From Orbicella franksi (lineage: Eukaryota), in the NCBI GenBank assembly GCA_964199315.1, contig OZ116700.1, forward strand, positions 10,912,001 through 10,976,000: a DNA stretch of 64,000 nt. The letters run 5' to 3'. Every line of letters starts with the position of its first letter. Position 1 is the stretch's first letter. The notes below the pieces were generated by a model. The model saw nothing but the letters and a program-made list of their open reading frames with translations. It did no database searches and had not been told where the DNA came from. The position numbers were made by a program, and so were the translations under genes. Below, one piece after another: positions 49,308 to 62,800 of this stretch.

Positions 49308-51554
49308 CTTTAAAAGAAACAAGAAACGCTCGTTTACATCGAGCTCCTTTCATTTTTTGCGAGTATAACATTTTACTGTAAACAGAAAGCGGTATTAAAG
49401 TGTATTTTGCCAGGGATTATTGCGTCTAACAGACATTTAGGAATCAGAATAGAATTTGACTTGATGCCCTACTGAGAGGTGGCGGTCTCCTAGGAAAGGT
49501 GGTAATTTTGGACTGTTTGACATTTTTAACGGTCTCTAACGAAAACAGATGAGCATGGTGAGGCAAGTGAACACGTGGAGAATTCACCTAAATGGGCTGT
49601 TTTAGTAGCTGACAAAGGCTAATACATAAGTTAGTTTGTGAAAGCAGCTGGATTAGTTTTGGTTTGTTGCTTCAAACTGCTAAAAAGCCGGCAAAATTAC
49701 ATCCCGAGTGAACTGTCATGATTAGTAAGTGTTATGTACATGTAGGATCAAACGGAACTAGGCCTAAATGATTACAATAATTAGAGATATACAAAAGGTT
49801 TATTGTAGCGGCTTATACGGCTCACTGGTAGATCATTAGTGTAATGACAGCTGTAAACCCTCGTTTTTAAAGAAAGATGATGAAACGGCAGGCAAATCAG
49901 CAAGTCAAAAAGCGGAAAAACACGTCTCAAGGAATTAAAGACCGTAGATTTTCACCGTCGCAGACACTGTTGTTGGCAAGCTTGCAATGTTGATTTCTAT
50001 CTCTACTCCTTGCATTTTAATTCTTTCATTTGCTATAATTTTGCGGGATACTAATCGATATTTTTTCCATTCCCAAATTTCCAACGGTTTATTAGACCGG
50101 AATTGCGCGAAATTTATATTGTGTATTTATAATATACATTTATGAAACTGTTACATGTGTTCTTAGGCTATCATGAAACATATGAACTAAACATAAGGAA
50201 AAAGTTTAACCTAAACTAGAATCTCGACATTAAGTTCACGTTAACCATCTGTCACTTTCAAGAGCTTGTTTAGTCTTACATACGTGTAGTTTAACGTCAT
50301 GGTCCCACGCATCTGATACGTGTTTTGCTTATTCCTATTGATTATGAAACATATGTATTAAAAACAGGAACATGCAATATAATACATGCAGCAATATGAA
50401 ATAACCAGGATATACAGAAGGTGCCAATATCTGGGTAATAACGGCTGATCCCAGTAATACAAATCTATGAATTTCACTATCGAACATATAAACGATTTTG
50501 GAATTATAGAATGGAACGCTGGGTGGCAAATTGAGTGCACCAGCACATGCAAATTAGCTCTCAACCTGTTCCAGGACAATCTACATTTCTCTCCCTAGCC
50601 AACATATTTGTCCTATTTCCTCTTTTCTCCTTATAATAGCTTTATCTGATCGCTGTATTTACCGTCAGTTTAACCTTAGTTTGTTTTCTATTGTGTATAA
50701 GTAACCTTCACAACTTTTTCATTCATCTTTTGTCCGGCCATTATAGGCCACTTTCTGCTAAATAAAATCTCGGAAAAACAAAAAGGTAATATTAGTGCCA
50801 GAAAACGTTTTCATAGCTTCTGTAAAATTCGTTCAGTGATGATATGTTTTAAAGCCTGATCGGAATTGCTTGATAATTTCATCGGAAAGATAAACCTAGA
50901 ATGGCCACCTATACCAAGTGATAAAACTGCATCAAAACAAAAGCTAATTAAAAGAAGATGGGCTGAAAGTGGAAAATATATAAGCGATAGAAAGACCAAT
51001 TGCTCGATCAAGATGGAGACAAACGTTCTAAAAAAATGTCGATTTACATTGATCTCTTCGAAACAGTCAATTAATATAAATTGTCACTTGGTTCCATTTT
51101 GGCATCATATCTACTGGTGGACACAGGTGTCCAGCTCAACGGCTGGTAAAATCAGTTTAACGAGGAACGCACGATTCATCAGGATAAACCAAGCTCAGAT
51201 GATTCATGCCGATCAAAAAGCACTTTAGAGATTTGGTTTATGGTTCCGACTAATGTATTATTCAGATGGAAAATTTCCTATGGTAATTGAGCAACAAATG
51301 GAAACCGCGTGGCTGGCCAAGGCGTACTTAATTGTTGTTGAATAGCGTAAATTATCGCCAATATCCACGTCCTTGAGAAATATTTACTCACCGAAAGAGA
51401 AACAAATAAAATGAAGAACCGAAAAATATCAATCGTTGCATAGATTTTCCCACGTGTCAAAGTGGCGAATTTTAATTCAGACATTGTTGATTTGGCTAAA
51501 ATTGGTCTATGTGCAAAACAAATTTGGGTCGTAATATAAATGACTACATCTTAC

Positions 51555-52374
51555 CTAAGGCCAGAACTATTGATACAGGTATGGCTCTGCTTGGATTTCT
51601 AGCTTCCTCGCCGGTAGTAGCAATTACATCAAAGCCAACAAAAGCGTAAAAGCAAGTGGCGGCACCCGAGAAAATCCCAGATATCCCAAACGGCGCAAAA
51701 TCCCGCGTCCAATTCTCGCCCTTTGCGAAGTACAACCCGACACAGGTTATAAACATAATCACAAGTAAATTTATGCCGGTAAATATATTGTTGAATCTAG
51801 AAGAATTTTTCACTCCTATCACAAGGATGAAAGTTACCAACAACACGAGGAGGAAGGCGAAGAAATCTGGATAACGTGAAAGTCCCGAGACATGCATCTC
51901 GCCAATGTTCGTCAGCGTGTAGTTACGAATTCTGCTGTTGAGAACAGAATCAAAATATTCACTCCAAGCTCGAGCTACGGACGACGCGCCAATGACATAT
52001 TCTAGAAACAAGTTCCATCCGATCACAAAAGCACACAGTTCGCCCACAGTAACATAGCTGTAGACATAGGCCGAACCAGCTTTTGGGACCCGAGCGCCAA
52101 ATTCAGCGTAGCAGAGTCCCGAGAGAATCGAGGCGACGGCGGCTATGAAAAACGAAATTACAATGCTTGGTCCGGCGATCGAGCGAGCCACTTCTCCTGC
52201 TAAAACGTAAATTCCAGCCCCGAGAGTACTTCCAGTCCCTAGAGCGGTCAAATCGAAAATCGACAAACAGCGAGACAATTCGCTTCGTGACAGCGATTTC
52301 GGATCGATGAGTTTCTTTTGGGTGAATCGCCTCACCAGGTAGGCCATCTTCGGATGCGCAATCCCTTGAACCAT
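51555..52374 (-). CDS. CAT first coding exon, cassette B (N-terminal half); full isoform 606 aa
   Basis: ...RRFTQKK...LGAGIYV...[16 protein letters not shown]...[13 protein letters not shown]...IVLAL(G), phase-1 GTAAG donor at 51554. Confidence 0.92.
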
Positions 52375-54443
52375 GAATTAACCTGTTTTTATTGTTTTTC
52401 AAGAAAATCCTTCGCATCGGCGTTCTTCAGGAAATGAACAGCACTGACTAGACGGCCAACCTTAACTGACTCGTGGACATCACGGCTTTCATGCGAAGTT
52501 TTTCCTTGTTCTCGCTGCTGATGTTCTGTACGCCGATGAACTCGTTAGCTTTTTAAATATTCCGCTTGTTTTCTTGAAATTATCCGGCAGTTCTCGAAAC
52601 TGAAATATCGGTCGTGTCATGTCCGCGTTGATAAACAGTTTCATTCAGTTTCGTCGACTCGTTCCAAGTTCATTTAGAGCCTGCGTTGGTTTGTGGGAAA
52701 TTTGAAAGCGAACTTTTTTGGCTTTTATTTAATTTCTCGAAATTATAGCATAAATTTTTAGGATAAATTTTAAGAAAAATGAATATATTGACCTCAGCCA
52801 CAATAAAAAAGAAATAAGTGCCCACATATCTGTCGCTCATCTTGATGACGCCAAAGAAGATTAGACGATCGCGACGTTCACCATGAGAACAGCCGGCTGA
52901 TTGTCTACAAATACATTTTTTGTTTCAATTTTATCCAGGATGAACACGAAATACGAATAACTCTTGTTGTCCCTCCCGCCACGATAGCGAATTTCCGCAT
53001 TATGAATCAAACAAAGCGCAGACAGAAAATTGTCTGTAGAATGTTTATCAGTGCGTCTAGAGTTGCTCCTCTTTCCTGTCAGACCGTCGCGCGTGACACG
53101 TAATTAAAGAAAGCGCGAGAGGGAGAAAGCGCGCGGACGAAAATGAAGCATTCTCTTTTTGCGCTTTCTCGCTTCGCGGGGAGACAACAATCAGATGTGA
53201 GTTGAACAGAAAGCAAATCCCTAAGACCGGTTAACATGAACTGAGGTAAGCACAGGCGCATGGATCCATATGATGTTCGGCCTGCCATCTGATTGGGGAA
53301 GCACAGCTAATCAAGGTGAATAGTAGTGTTCGCTCTTTTTGAAAGAGTACTCCGTAACTACTAAATTAAATGGAAATTTTGAAAGCTTAAACGACAAAGG
53401 GAACGGTCTACTCTAGCTTTTACTTAGCTTAGGACATATTAAACCGGCTGTGCCGATACAGCTGCAAAGTGACTATTTTTAACCTAGCTTGTTTTAGGCT
53501 CACAAATTGTAGAGATTGAGGAAGACTAAGAGCGTTTAACTGGTAAAGGTATAAAAAGACATGCAAACCGAGCCAGTCCTCCTATATCACGGATTATATA
53601 AGATCAAGCAGCTCCCAACTTGGTACAGTGTATTGGCGAAAGTCGGCCCCATCAACTCCATCCTCTTGGTAATTTAGTATTGATTTTTTGTTATTTTGTA
53701 CCCTCATGGAGTGGACAATTGTTTACTATTTTAGCCTCAAGGTCCAAATAAACGAAATTTAATAAGAAAAACAAAATTAAACCATAATATTATACAAGGT
53801 TGCAAACTGACCAAGTTATTATGATATGCCATCCCTAACTGACCTATACAATGACATGTTTCTATTTTTTTCGGTTTTTCGAGCCAGTTAAGAGAAAAAG
53901 GGTAGTCCAAGATCGTTATCACATTTGACAATCATGTTATGTCTATAATGAACCAGGGCCAAGCCGTACTCAGGCCGAGGTGAATCAGTGCTAAACATCT
54001 CTAGATATCGCTGGTTAGGCGGTGATACCGTATTTTATCGGTGACTGCCCGGGTACACATTACATATTTCAAGTTTTCTTTCGTTTATTTCCGCAAGTTA
54101 AACCGTGCAGTTTCATTTTTTTTTTTCTGTATTCAGAGGTTATAAACTGCTTTCCGTCACAGGCTATAAACTGCTCTCCGTCTCTTGCTTTACAATTTTA
54201 ATCAGTCAGTGGCTTTTTTACAGGAGAAGGGGTGGGCTTAATTCTTTTCTTATTTATATTTTATGACTTTAAGGGGCACATGTGAAACTATCGCCTACTG
54301 TACATTAATTTAAAATTGCTAAAAGTTATTTCAATTTATAGATGTCATAAATTTTTAACCGATGGCCGAATGAACAGCCCTTCTCTTAAGGTATTGACTT
54401 TCTTCTCTTCGGTACAAACGACAAATGTATAATATTTCCTTAC

Positions 54444-55242
54444 CAATAGTGAGTATAGTTGCCACAGGCACATCCTTCGAAGGATTATTTGACTCTTCCA
54501 CAGCGGTTGCGATCACATCGAATCCAACAAAGGCGTAAAAAGCTGACGCCGAAGCAGCCAGTACTCCGGAGAAACCAAACGGTAAAAAATCATCCGTCCA
54601 GTTCTTTTCCTCGGCAAAAGAGGCTCCAAGTATTATAATTAATACTATGACAACAATATTTATGGCTGTTATGACATTTGTTGTCACTGAGGTTAGCTTC
54701 GCTCCGAAGCACAAAGTCACTGTTACGACTAATATGAGAAGAAACGCCAGAAAGTCCGGATAATGTGCAATGATTCCCGACGCGCTAAGTTTTCCAATTC
54801 CCATTGTGGTTGTATTTCTTATAATGTCGTTTAGCAACGAAGCATCAAGATACGAACTCCACGCTCGAGCCACTGAAGAGGTCGCTATTATGTATTCAAG
54901 AAGCAAATTCCAGCCGATCACGAACGCGCAGAATTCACCTATGGTGACATAACTGAAAGTGTACGCGGAGCCGACTCTGGGAACACGCGATGCAAACTCG
55001 GCGTAACACAAACCAGCCAGTATGCTTGCCACTGCTGCGACGAAGAAGGATAACACCAGCCCTGGTCCTGCTACATTTCGCGCTAATGTTCCAGTTAAAA
55101 CATAAATCCCTGCTCCGAGAGTCGTCGCGACTCCGAGAGAGGTTAAATCAAACTTGGTCAAGCAGCGAGATAACTCTGTTTTATGTATGACACTTGTATT
55201 TATGAGTTTCTTCCTGCTTAAAATTTTCGAAAACCGCTCCAT
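54444..55242 (-). CDS. CAT first coding exon, cassette A (N-terminal half); full isoform 599 aa if spliced to 49307
   Basis: MERFSKILSRKK...LGAGIYV...CYAEFASRVPRVGSAY...FVGFDVIAT...TILTI(G), phase-1 GTAAG donor at 54443 at the same protein position as cassette B. No downstream CAT exons in 52375-54443. Confidence 0.88.
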
Positions 55243-56249
55243 CTTGGGTCAGTGTTCGCCTTCAATTATCAAAGTTCTTGGTGTTATTGCCGCCTCACAA
55301 GTCTTGCCACTCAAATGGTAACATCTGTGTCATATTCAGCTGTCTTCGTTGATGTACAAACTGTAAAAAAAAAAAAATAGCCAAGCAATTAAACTGCCAT
55401 AAATTATTGTCAAAGGAGTCTTTCGGCCACTCTGTTGAAAACACTTTAGCTTGATGCTGTCAGCTTCCTTTCAACTAGTTTTACAGTCGGTTATTCAAAA
55501 TTCAAATTTTCTTTGTCATAGGGTTTTGATTAATGCAAATTTAGGGCGGGAAGTTTCCCGCCAGTTCAAATTCATCAGAACGGAAACCTAAACAAGAATT
55601 ATATATTTCCCAAAATATCGCTGAGCTTCTTATCTGAGTAAGTACTTTTTTTTGTCCGCAAATTTGTGAATTTTTCATGTATAGCTTTACATTATGTGAT
55701 CATATTTAAATTAATTTTTAATGATCATAGAATCATCAGCTAGCAATCAGAAGAAAACGAAAACCTTTTTGAAATTTGCATACATCAGTGTTGAAAAGCT
55801 TTAAAAGGATCCCTCAGAGTAAACCATAGAATATCTAAACTATGTTAGTCATAAATTCAATAAGTTTATGTACGTTGCTGATTTGACAAATAAACTTCTC
55901 GATAAATATTTGATGGGCACGATTCTTGACCGTTGTATTCAAGGTTCCTTTTACGTTTACAGTGAGTTTAATTATGCATGTATTGGGGGCATAAGCAATC
56001 ATGCGGACATTCACCCGAAACCTTGAGGTTTGCTTTGATCATACCCAACCTATCGCAGTAGGCATTTGCCGGTCTAAACAGTCACTACCGGTACACGAGA
56101 ACGACATCGCCTGAAAACGTAAGTAGTACTTTTTTCAAATTGCAAATAAAATAGAGAAAACAAAGAAATAAGCGAAACAAATAACAAACAAACAAAACAG
56201 TGATTTTCGCTCATCACCATCCGCTACATTTTAACGAAAATACTTACAA

Positions 56250-56887
56250 CTTTACCATAAAATTCCGACAATGAATAAACCCTTGGCATAGTTTGTGGCG
56301 TTTTCATTGCCTTTAGTGGCTTTTAATCAGAGAAAACTGCGCGCGCAAATGACGTTTTATTTGTTTTCTTTTAAAAGCTAATTGTTGACGTGTGCACTCC
56401 CAATGGCGGCAACGACAGAGAACTTTGTTTACCATAAATTTGATACATGTAATATCTGCAGCGTGTTTCACTTAACCTGCCGACCAGGAGTCCCTCTTGC
56501 TGCCGACGAAACAGAGCAGTTTCTTTTGACAACTTTTAAACTAAAAACTGTTATTGTCCTCGTTTCTTTGTGTTTGTCCTTAAGCAAAATAAGACTTAAA
56601 GAGATTGATGGTATCTGATTTGAAGAAATAAAATTACTATAAATCGGCCACGATTTTTTGGAAAAAAATGGGAACTGGTAGCAACCAACCTGGTCCCTAG
56701 GGTCTTTTACCCGCAACGAGCATCGGGAGAGTGGAGACTGGGACCCAAGCTTTTTATTGGCTCGCTTTTCCGTTCGAAAAAAAGGCGGCCATTTTTACCG
56801 AATGTTTGGAATGAAAAGTTTATTATCATACCTTTTTCTGATTTCATCTAACCTTTGAATACATTTTAACCGAGAAAAGTGTAATCT
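56250..56887. promoter_or_regulatory. Probable bidirectional promoter region between CAT cassette A (-) and NCAPD2 (+)
   Basis: ATGs diverge at 55242 and 56888. Minus-strand UTR donor GTAAGT at 56247 and acceptor near 55363. CpG-rich patches and YY1-like motifs (AATGGCGGC at 56402, GGCGGCCATTTT near 56785). Confidence 0.4.
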
Positions 56888-59800
56888 ATGGATGTAGGCT
56901 TCGTAATACCGTTGTCCAGGGACGACTTATTAAGCGGCGAGGCAGGATCGTATGTTGTAGACGAAGTACTTTCAGTGCGTGTTCTTCCAAACAAACTTCG
57001 TGGTAAGCTGAATATAATCTTCATCGTTGTAGTTTCAGGATAGATCTGATATTTGCTTATCAATCTTAACTATACTTTCAGACTGCTTAGCTGATCTTCG
57101 ATCTGCCGGACCGACTGCTGTTGTCGAGAACTTTGACTGTTTTTTCAGTCTTTTAAGGTGAGATTAGTTTTTCTTAAGTTGATGCCTCGTACGGCCATTT
57201 TTAACATCTTTTCTTAAGCATAATCTTGCCCCTTAGTAGTTTGTGTTAAAAAGGTTATTACATTTCGATTTATCCAAACCCTTCATGGCTGAACCCTGAG
57301 GAATTCCATCAAATGTGTTATTTTATTTTACATACATGTACGTGTTTCTTGTTTTGCTCCTTCTCTGTATCAACATAAAACATGAAGCGAAAAAATAATT
57401 GCTGCTTGGTATACCTCTGTCAGGTTGTTCTAAAAAGGCACTGCTCAGGTTCATGTTGGTTCTTTGAGTTTGACACACTGCCTCATACGACCACCCTCCT
57501 TTACTAGACCTCACCCGTACATGTATAATTAATTAAGTTACCATGCAATATTAATTAAAACAACTTTTGGGCAGAATTTGTGCTTAAGGGTGGCGGCCAG
57601 CTTCTCCTAAACTCCGCTGAAGAATTCCACAAAATAAAGCATTGAATGGCTCTTCAAAAAAATATGTGTCTCTCACAATTCAATTTCTCTAACTTGTTTG
57701 CAAAGCCTAGTAAGAGTATGGATTTCTTTCACAAGGCCAAGAACGTCTCAAGATTTCGGGAAATACACTTTTAGTCATGACATGATGCAAAATCTTGAAT
57801 GTACCATTTGCCACCCCTTACAAGCCAGGCCTAGGTCCTGTCGCCCCTTCACTTTGTAAGCTTACCCTTGAAGGTTGTTACTGAAGTATCTATTTAGCGG
57901 TAGACCATTTATACTCCATTTGTGAGAGAGACACTTGTGAATGCAATGTGTATTGCCCAAGAACTCGACTGGCAGTGATCTCTGGCAGCCACAAAACTGC
58001 TCAGGGTTGTCAAGGGTAACTGGCTGCTGGTAAAAGTCACAAAAATACCATCTGTAATCTTGGGTTAGGGTTAGGGTTAGTTACCCTGCCAAGTTATTTG
58101 TCTGATTCTTTCAAAAAAAAGTTAAAAAGATGACAAATACAGCTACCTACTCCAACAATCATCATCAAGCCTTCTACTTCAAAACCTTGTGACAACCCTG
58201 AGAGCTTAAAACCAGGCTGGTGGACACCAAGTTTTGAATGTTAAGTTGCTGTAGCATGAAGCAACCAGGAGAGTTTCTTCTCCCCTCTGGATAGGATGCT
58301 AGTCCTTCACAGGGCTACCCCCATTAAGTCTGCCGGTACCCATCAAGAGCACAACACAATTTTCCAGCCAGAGCTCAAACCTGGACTGCTCAATTTGGAG
58401 ACGAACACACTAACCGTTAGTCCACAGACCTCCTTAGTAGCTAGAGTACCTATAATTTATATGTTTTTCATGTATTAAATGCATGTTTTGTTTACATTTG
58501 GAGAGCTTATGTTTGAATATTGTTTTGCTGTTAAATTTAAATTAAATTTTAAATTTAAATGCACTTGTTCATTTTTGTTTGCAGACATTTTAATGAAGTT
58601 GACAGTTCTCTTAGAGAGGGTACCTGGGATAATTTGCTCCAAGGTACTAAATATTTTTTTAACAATTATTGCCCCATAGAAATATTAATTTACATGGGTA
58701 AATACGTGCCAAGAGTAATGTAAGAAAATTATTTTTAACGCCCACATCTTAGGCTTACATGTACATGTACCTGGCGTATTTTTTAAAGTTTATACACTGC
58801 AGTTAGGTAGAATTTGCAAGATCCTAAACTGGTTTCTTTCAAACTTTCATTATACGTGTACAGAATGTTTTAACTGCGAACTAACAGTGTCAGAACAAAT
58901 TTAATGTTTGTTATGGTTTGCTTTTCTTTCAGTACTTTGCCAGTTCACAAATGTTCTTCCTGAAATACTAGAAGATGGAGACATTGACTTTCAAGTTAGA
59001 CGGACACATCTCAATACTCTCAAGGTGGTTCAATCATTTCAGCAATTGCATACATGTATAATGATACAGCTGAACCTCGCTATACATACTTCAAACTTTG
59101 AACCTGCTGCTTTCTCGACTGATATAATTTTCCCTTGGACTTACTTTTTTAGTCATTTATTGTGGGTTGTCTCAAACCACTACCATCTTGAGCTATTTCT
59201 GTTTCCTTTGAGAGTTCAGGTTGTTGTTTATCGATGTTTCAGCACTGATATATATATATATATTTTTTTTGTTTTTTTTTTTTTGTAGATGTTGTGTTAT
59301 CTCTTGACACAGCTTGCAGACGCATTTGAAGTAGAGGCTACCAAGCCTTCAACTGAAGTAATTATTTCTGGAAAGGTACAGTAATCACATTTAGAAGAAT
59401 GAACATTATCACAAATTATTACTTTTGAACAGTGCAGGAATTTCTCATTGCTTCTTCATGTCCATTTGTATATGTTGGATTACATGACTGACTGACAGAC
59501 AGACTGATCTGACTGACTGACTGACTCATCTGACTGACTGACTGACTGACTGACTGTCAGACTGACTGTCAGACTGACAGACTGACTGTCCCAAATTGAC
59601 TGTCCCTATTCCTTAGTCTTAGTATTCATCAGCAAGTTGGTCAATTAAACCATAACTAGTTAACCTAATATTATTCTTATCCTTTTCTAGAGAAGAGGCA
59701 AGTCAGCTAATTCAAAGAAAAAGAGTTCAAGTGCATGGGAGTGGGATGAGCAGCGTGATGCACTGATTCAGACTCTTGGTCAGCTCATGCAGTTGGATGT

Positions 59801-62800
59801 GAACAGACTGTGGGATCCACCTATTGTGGAGGAAGAATTTGTCAAGTATGCTTGAAAAAATATTGCAGAAATCCAACCATAGTTACATGTACAAAGTATT
59901 TCCATCCAGAGAATTTTGATACGTTTTTTGAAAATTTGTATTCTATCATGTTTTTTTTTTTTTCTCTTGTGAGAGCTTTTCAGCAGTCAAAAAAAATATA
60001 CATTGTCATAAATGCAGGTAGATTCTTACTGAATCTCACTGTCTGTTTTAGTTTAATCACAGGTTGCTGTTACAAGTTCCTTGAAAATCCGGCATCTGTA
60101 AAGAATGGAACGACCAAAGATCTGGTTTTCAACCTTATGGGAGTGATGGTTAAGAAATACAACTATGGTTTAGGTGAGAGCGCTTTTTTGTTGGTCATTA
60201 AGTAACATTTCCATCACTGTGTTGTCATTTTACTGCCTGTTTTCAGGCCTGTGTAAACAAGGTGTCTGTAGAAAGCATGAGGTAATAAAAGAGACCATCT
60301 ATTAGCCTGTGTTACATAGAGGCACAATGAAAATTTGTCACACTATGGGAGTGAGATTAGAGTTTGAATTTTGAACTTTAAAAATTAGATTAACCCAGGC
60401 AATCAGCATTTTGTGGTGGACGAAATTATTCTGTGAGTGATCTGTCAAGAGAACAAGTTCCTTTGTTGTCCCCCTGCATATCATATCAGATGTTGTGACC
60501 CTGATTGAAATGGTTTTTAATGCATGTATAATTATTCATGCAAGGAACACAATTATCAACGGCAACACTCAGCTGCTCTCTTCTTTGGGGAGATTGGAGA
60601 GGGCACCTGTAACACAGGCTTAACCAGCTGTGATGAAGATTAAAATTGAGTATCACACGATGTCCACATTTTGCTAATGTCTTGAGAGATTCCAGTATAC
60701 ATGTAGTTCTTGCATATTATGCTAAAAAATGCTTATGAAGCCAGTGTTACCTGTACATACATGTACCTTTTGTTTTTAGGTGTAAGTTTGAAGATTGTTC
60801 AGCTTCTACAACACTTTGAGCATCTTGTTCAACCACTAGCACAGGCTGTTGAAACATTTGTTAATGAGTTCTCTGTAAAAAGCATTGTCTCTGAGGTGAT
60901 AAGGTGAGGCTAGTACTATAGGCATAGCAGTTGGTATAAATTACATGACTGTACAGTCAAGCCTCTTTCGTACCACATCAAAGGGGCAGACCTGAGTGTA
61001 CTTTTTGAAGAGGTGGCCATATTATAGAGGAACAGATAACATGAATTCTGGTTATGTTGGGACTACATGTAAGTTGACTGTCTGTTCTATAGAGGTGTCC
61101 ATGTTATGGACTGTCCGTAAAGAGAAGTTTGACTGTTGCTGCTTTGTATGTATGCACAATGTAGTGATACTCCAATGTCATGCAATGGTTTTGATAATAT
61201 ATTATAGAATCTTGTGAGCTGTTTTACAGAGCGGAAAAAGCTGTGATTTATAAATTGACATCTAGGTCAGAAAACATAAAGAAGCTTACATTTACATACA
61301 TGTTAGCTTCAGTAGGCCCTCTGTAGTGAGGAGCTAAACAATCTCATTCCCTGAGTATGCATTCTCCATGACCAGTGGTCAGGAAACTGTCAAAGGGGAC
61401 ATGCTATCTCGAGAATGGGGTTCAAATACATAGTGTGGCAAAATAGAGTAACAATGTATGCTCTGTAAGTAAGAACCATTGTGATATTGCAGAGAGATTG
61501 GTCGGATGGATCCCAGAGACCTTGCAAGAGACACCAGTGGAACACGTGCATACGCTGACTTCTTAGTAGAACTTGCTGGTCTGGTTCCAACACAGATCAT
61601 TCCAAACATCAGTGTACTGCTATGTCACTTGAATGGAGAGGTAAAATATGAATGTGCTACATGTATACTGAGTTTACTCTGTCAAAAACTCAGCGCCGTA
61701 AATAAGTTTGTAACTCACAGCACCTGTTATGGCTGAGCATGCTTGATGGCCCCTTGTTGTTACGGGTGAACTTGGCTGTAGTATTTGTTTCAGGTCTGAA
61801 GATCAAGGCTACAGGTGAATCAAAACTTAATGACAGCCCTGAAATTGTTTCTTTACACCAGGCAGAGCACCAGGCAACTTGTCTGCCATGGCTGTAAGTT
61901 TGGTGTGACAACCACCAAACAGCAGTTATGCTGCACATGTCCTTGTTATATGCTGTACGTACCCTTTGAAATGTGTCAATTGCTGTAAAACTTGGAAAAC
62001 ATCTTCAACAGAGATGAAACACAATCCAGCATCATTTTGTACAGCAATTGTCAATTTTCCAAGATCACAAAAATCCAATCTTGTCTCCTGGGCCTTCTCC
62101 TTGATGACACCTGCCATTTTGAAAAGTGGAGTAGGCCCTGGGGAGGAAGTTGCACACAGATCGTGGCACCTCAAAGTCACCTAGATAAATCCTTGTCCAG
62201 AGCATAGTTAATAGAGGAGAATAATAATTGTGAAACCCGGCAAATTTCTTTGTTGTATGATTTTGTTCGCTTTTTTGGTCTTGACCACACACAAAACACA
62301 ATAGTAGTTTACTCCGTACTGAGGAGCTAACCAATAGAAATGTTTTGGTTATGTAATTCATGCATAGTGTATGAGCACAGAACAAAAGATTGCGCACAGT
62401 CGTAGACCTTCCAAAATAAATCTTGGAATCTTTGATGTTTGCCGCGCTTCATAACCATTCTCCTCTCTTAACTATGTCCGGTAGTGAATTATTCAGTTCA
62501 TTTGAAGCATTATGATCTGAGTTATCTTGGATCATTGTTCTTGATTTGGTTCATCCCAAAGAAAAAATACACTGACACCTCTTTGTTCTGTAAAATAATG
62601 TGTAAACTCACTGTCTTGTCAACCTTACAATTTCTGTCCAGTCATATTCAATGCGGAATGGCATCCTTGGTCTGATGGGTGAGATTGTTGTCAAAGTTCT
62701 TTGTAAAGAAGATTTGGACGAAGCTGCTAAGAAACTTCGAGACCAACTTCTGGACAAAATGGAGGTGAGCGTCCTGTACATTGCACTGTGTTGCGATAAA

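Noticed and set aside
54355-55242. Cassette A as a truncated pseudogene
   Set aside because: Intact ATG, frame, motifs and a phase-compatible GTAAG donor make an alternative first exon more likely.
59485-59590. CRISPR-like or coding repeat
   Set aside because: Simple tetranucleotide microsatellite with no spacers; eukaryotic context.
59850-59960. ENFDTFFENLYSI peptide resembling the CAP-D2 N-terminus
   Set aside because: It is intronic; the true exon (VENFDCFFSLL) is 57082-57157.
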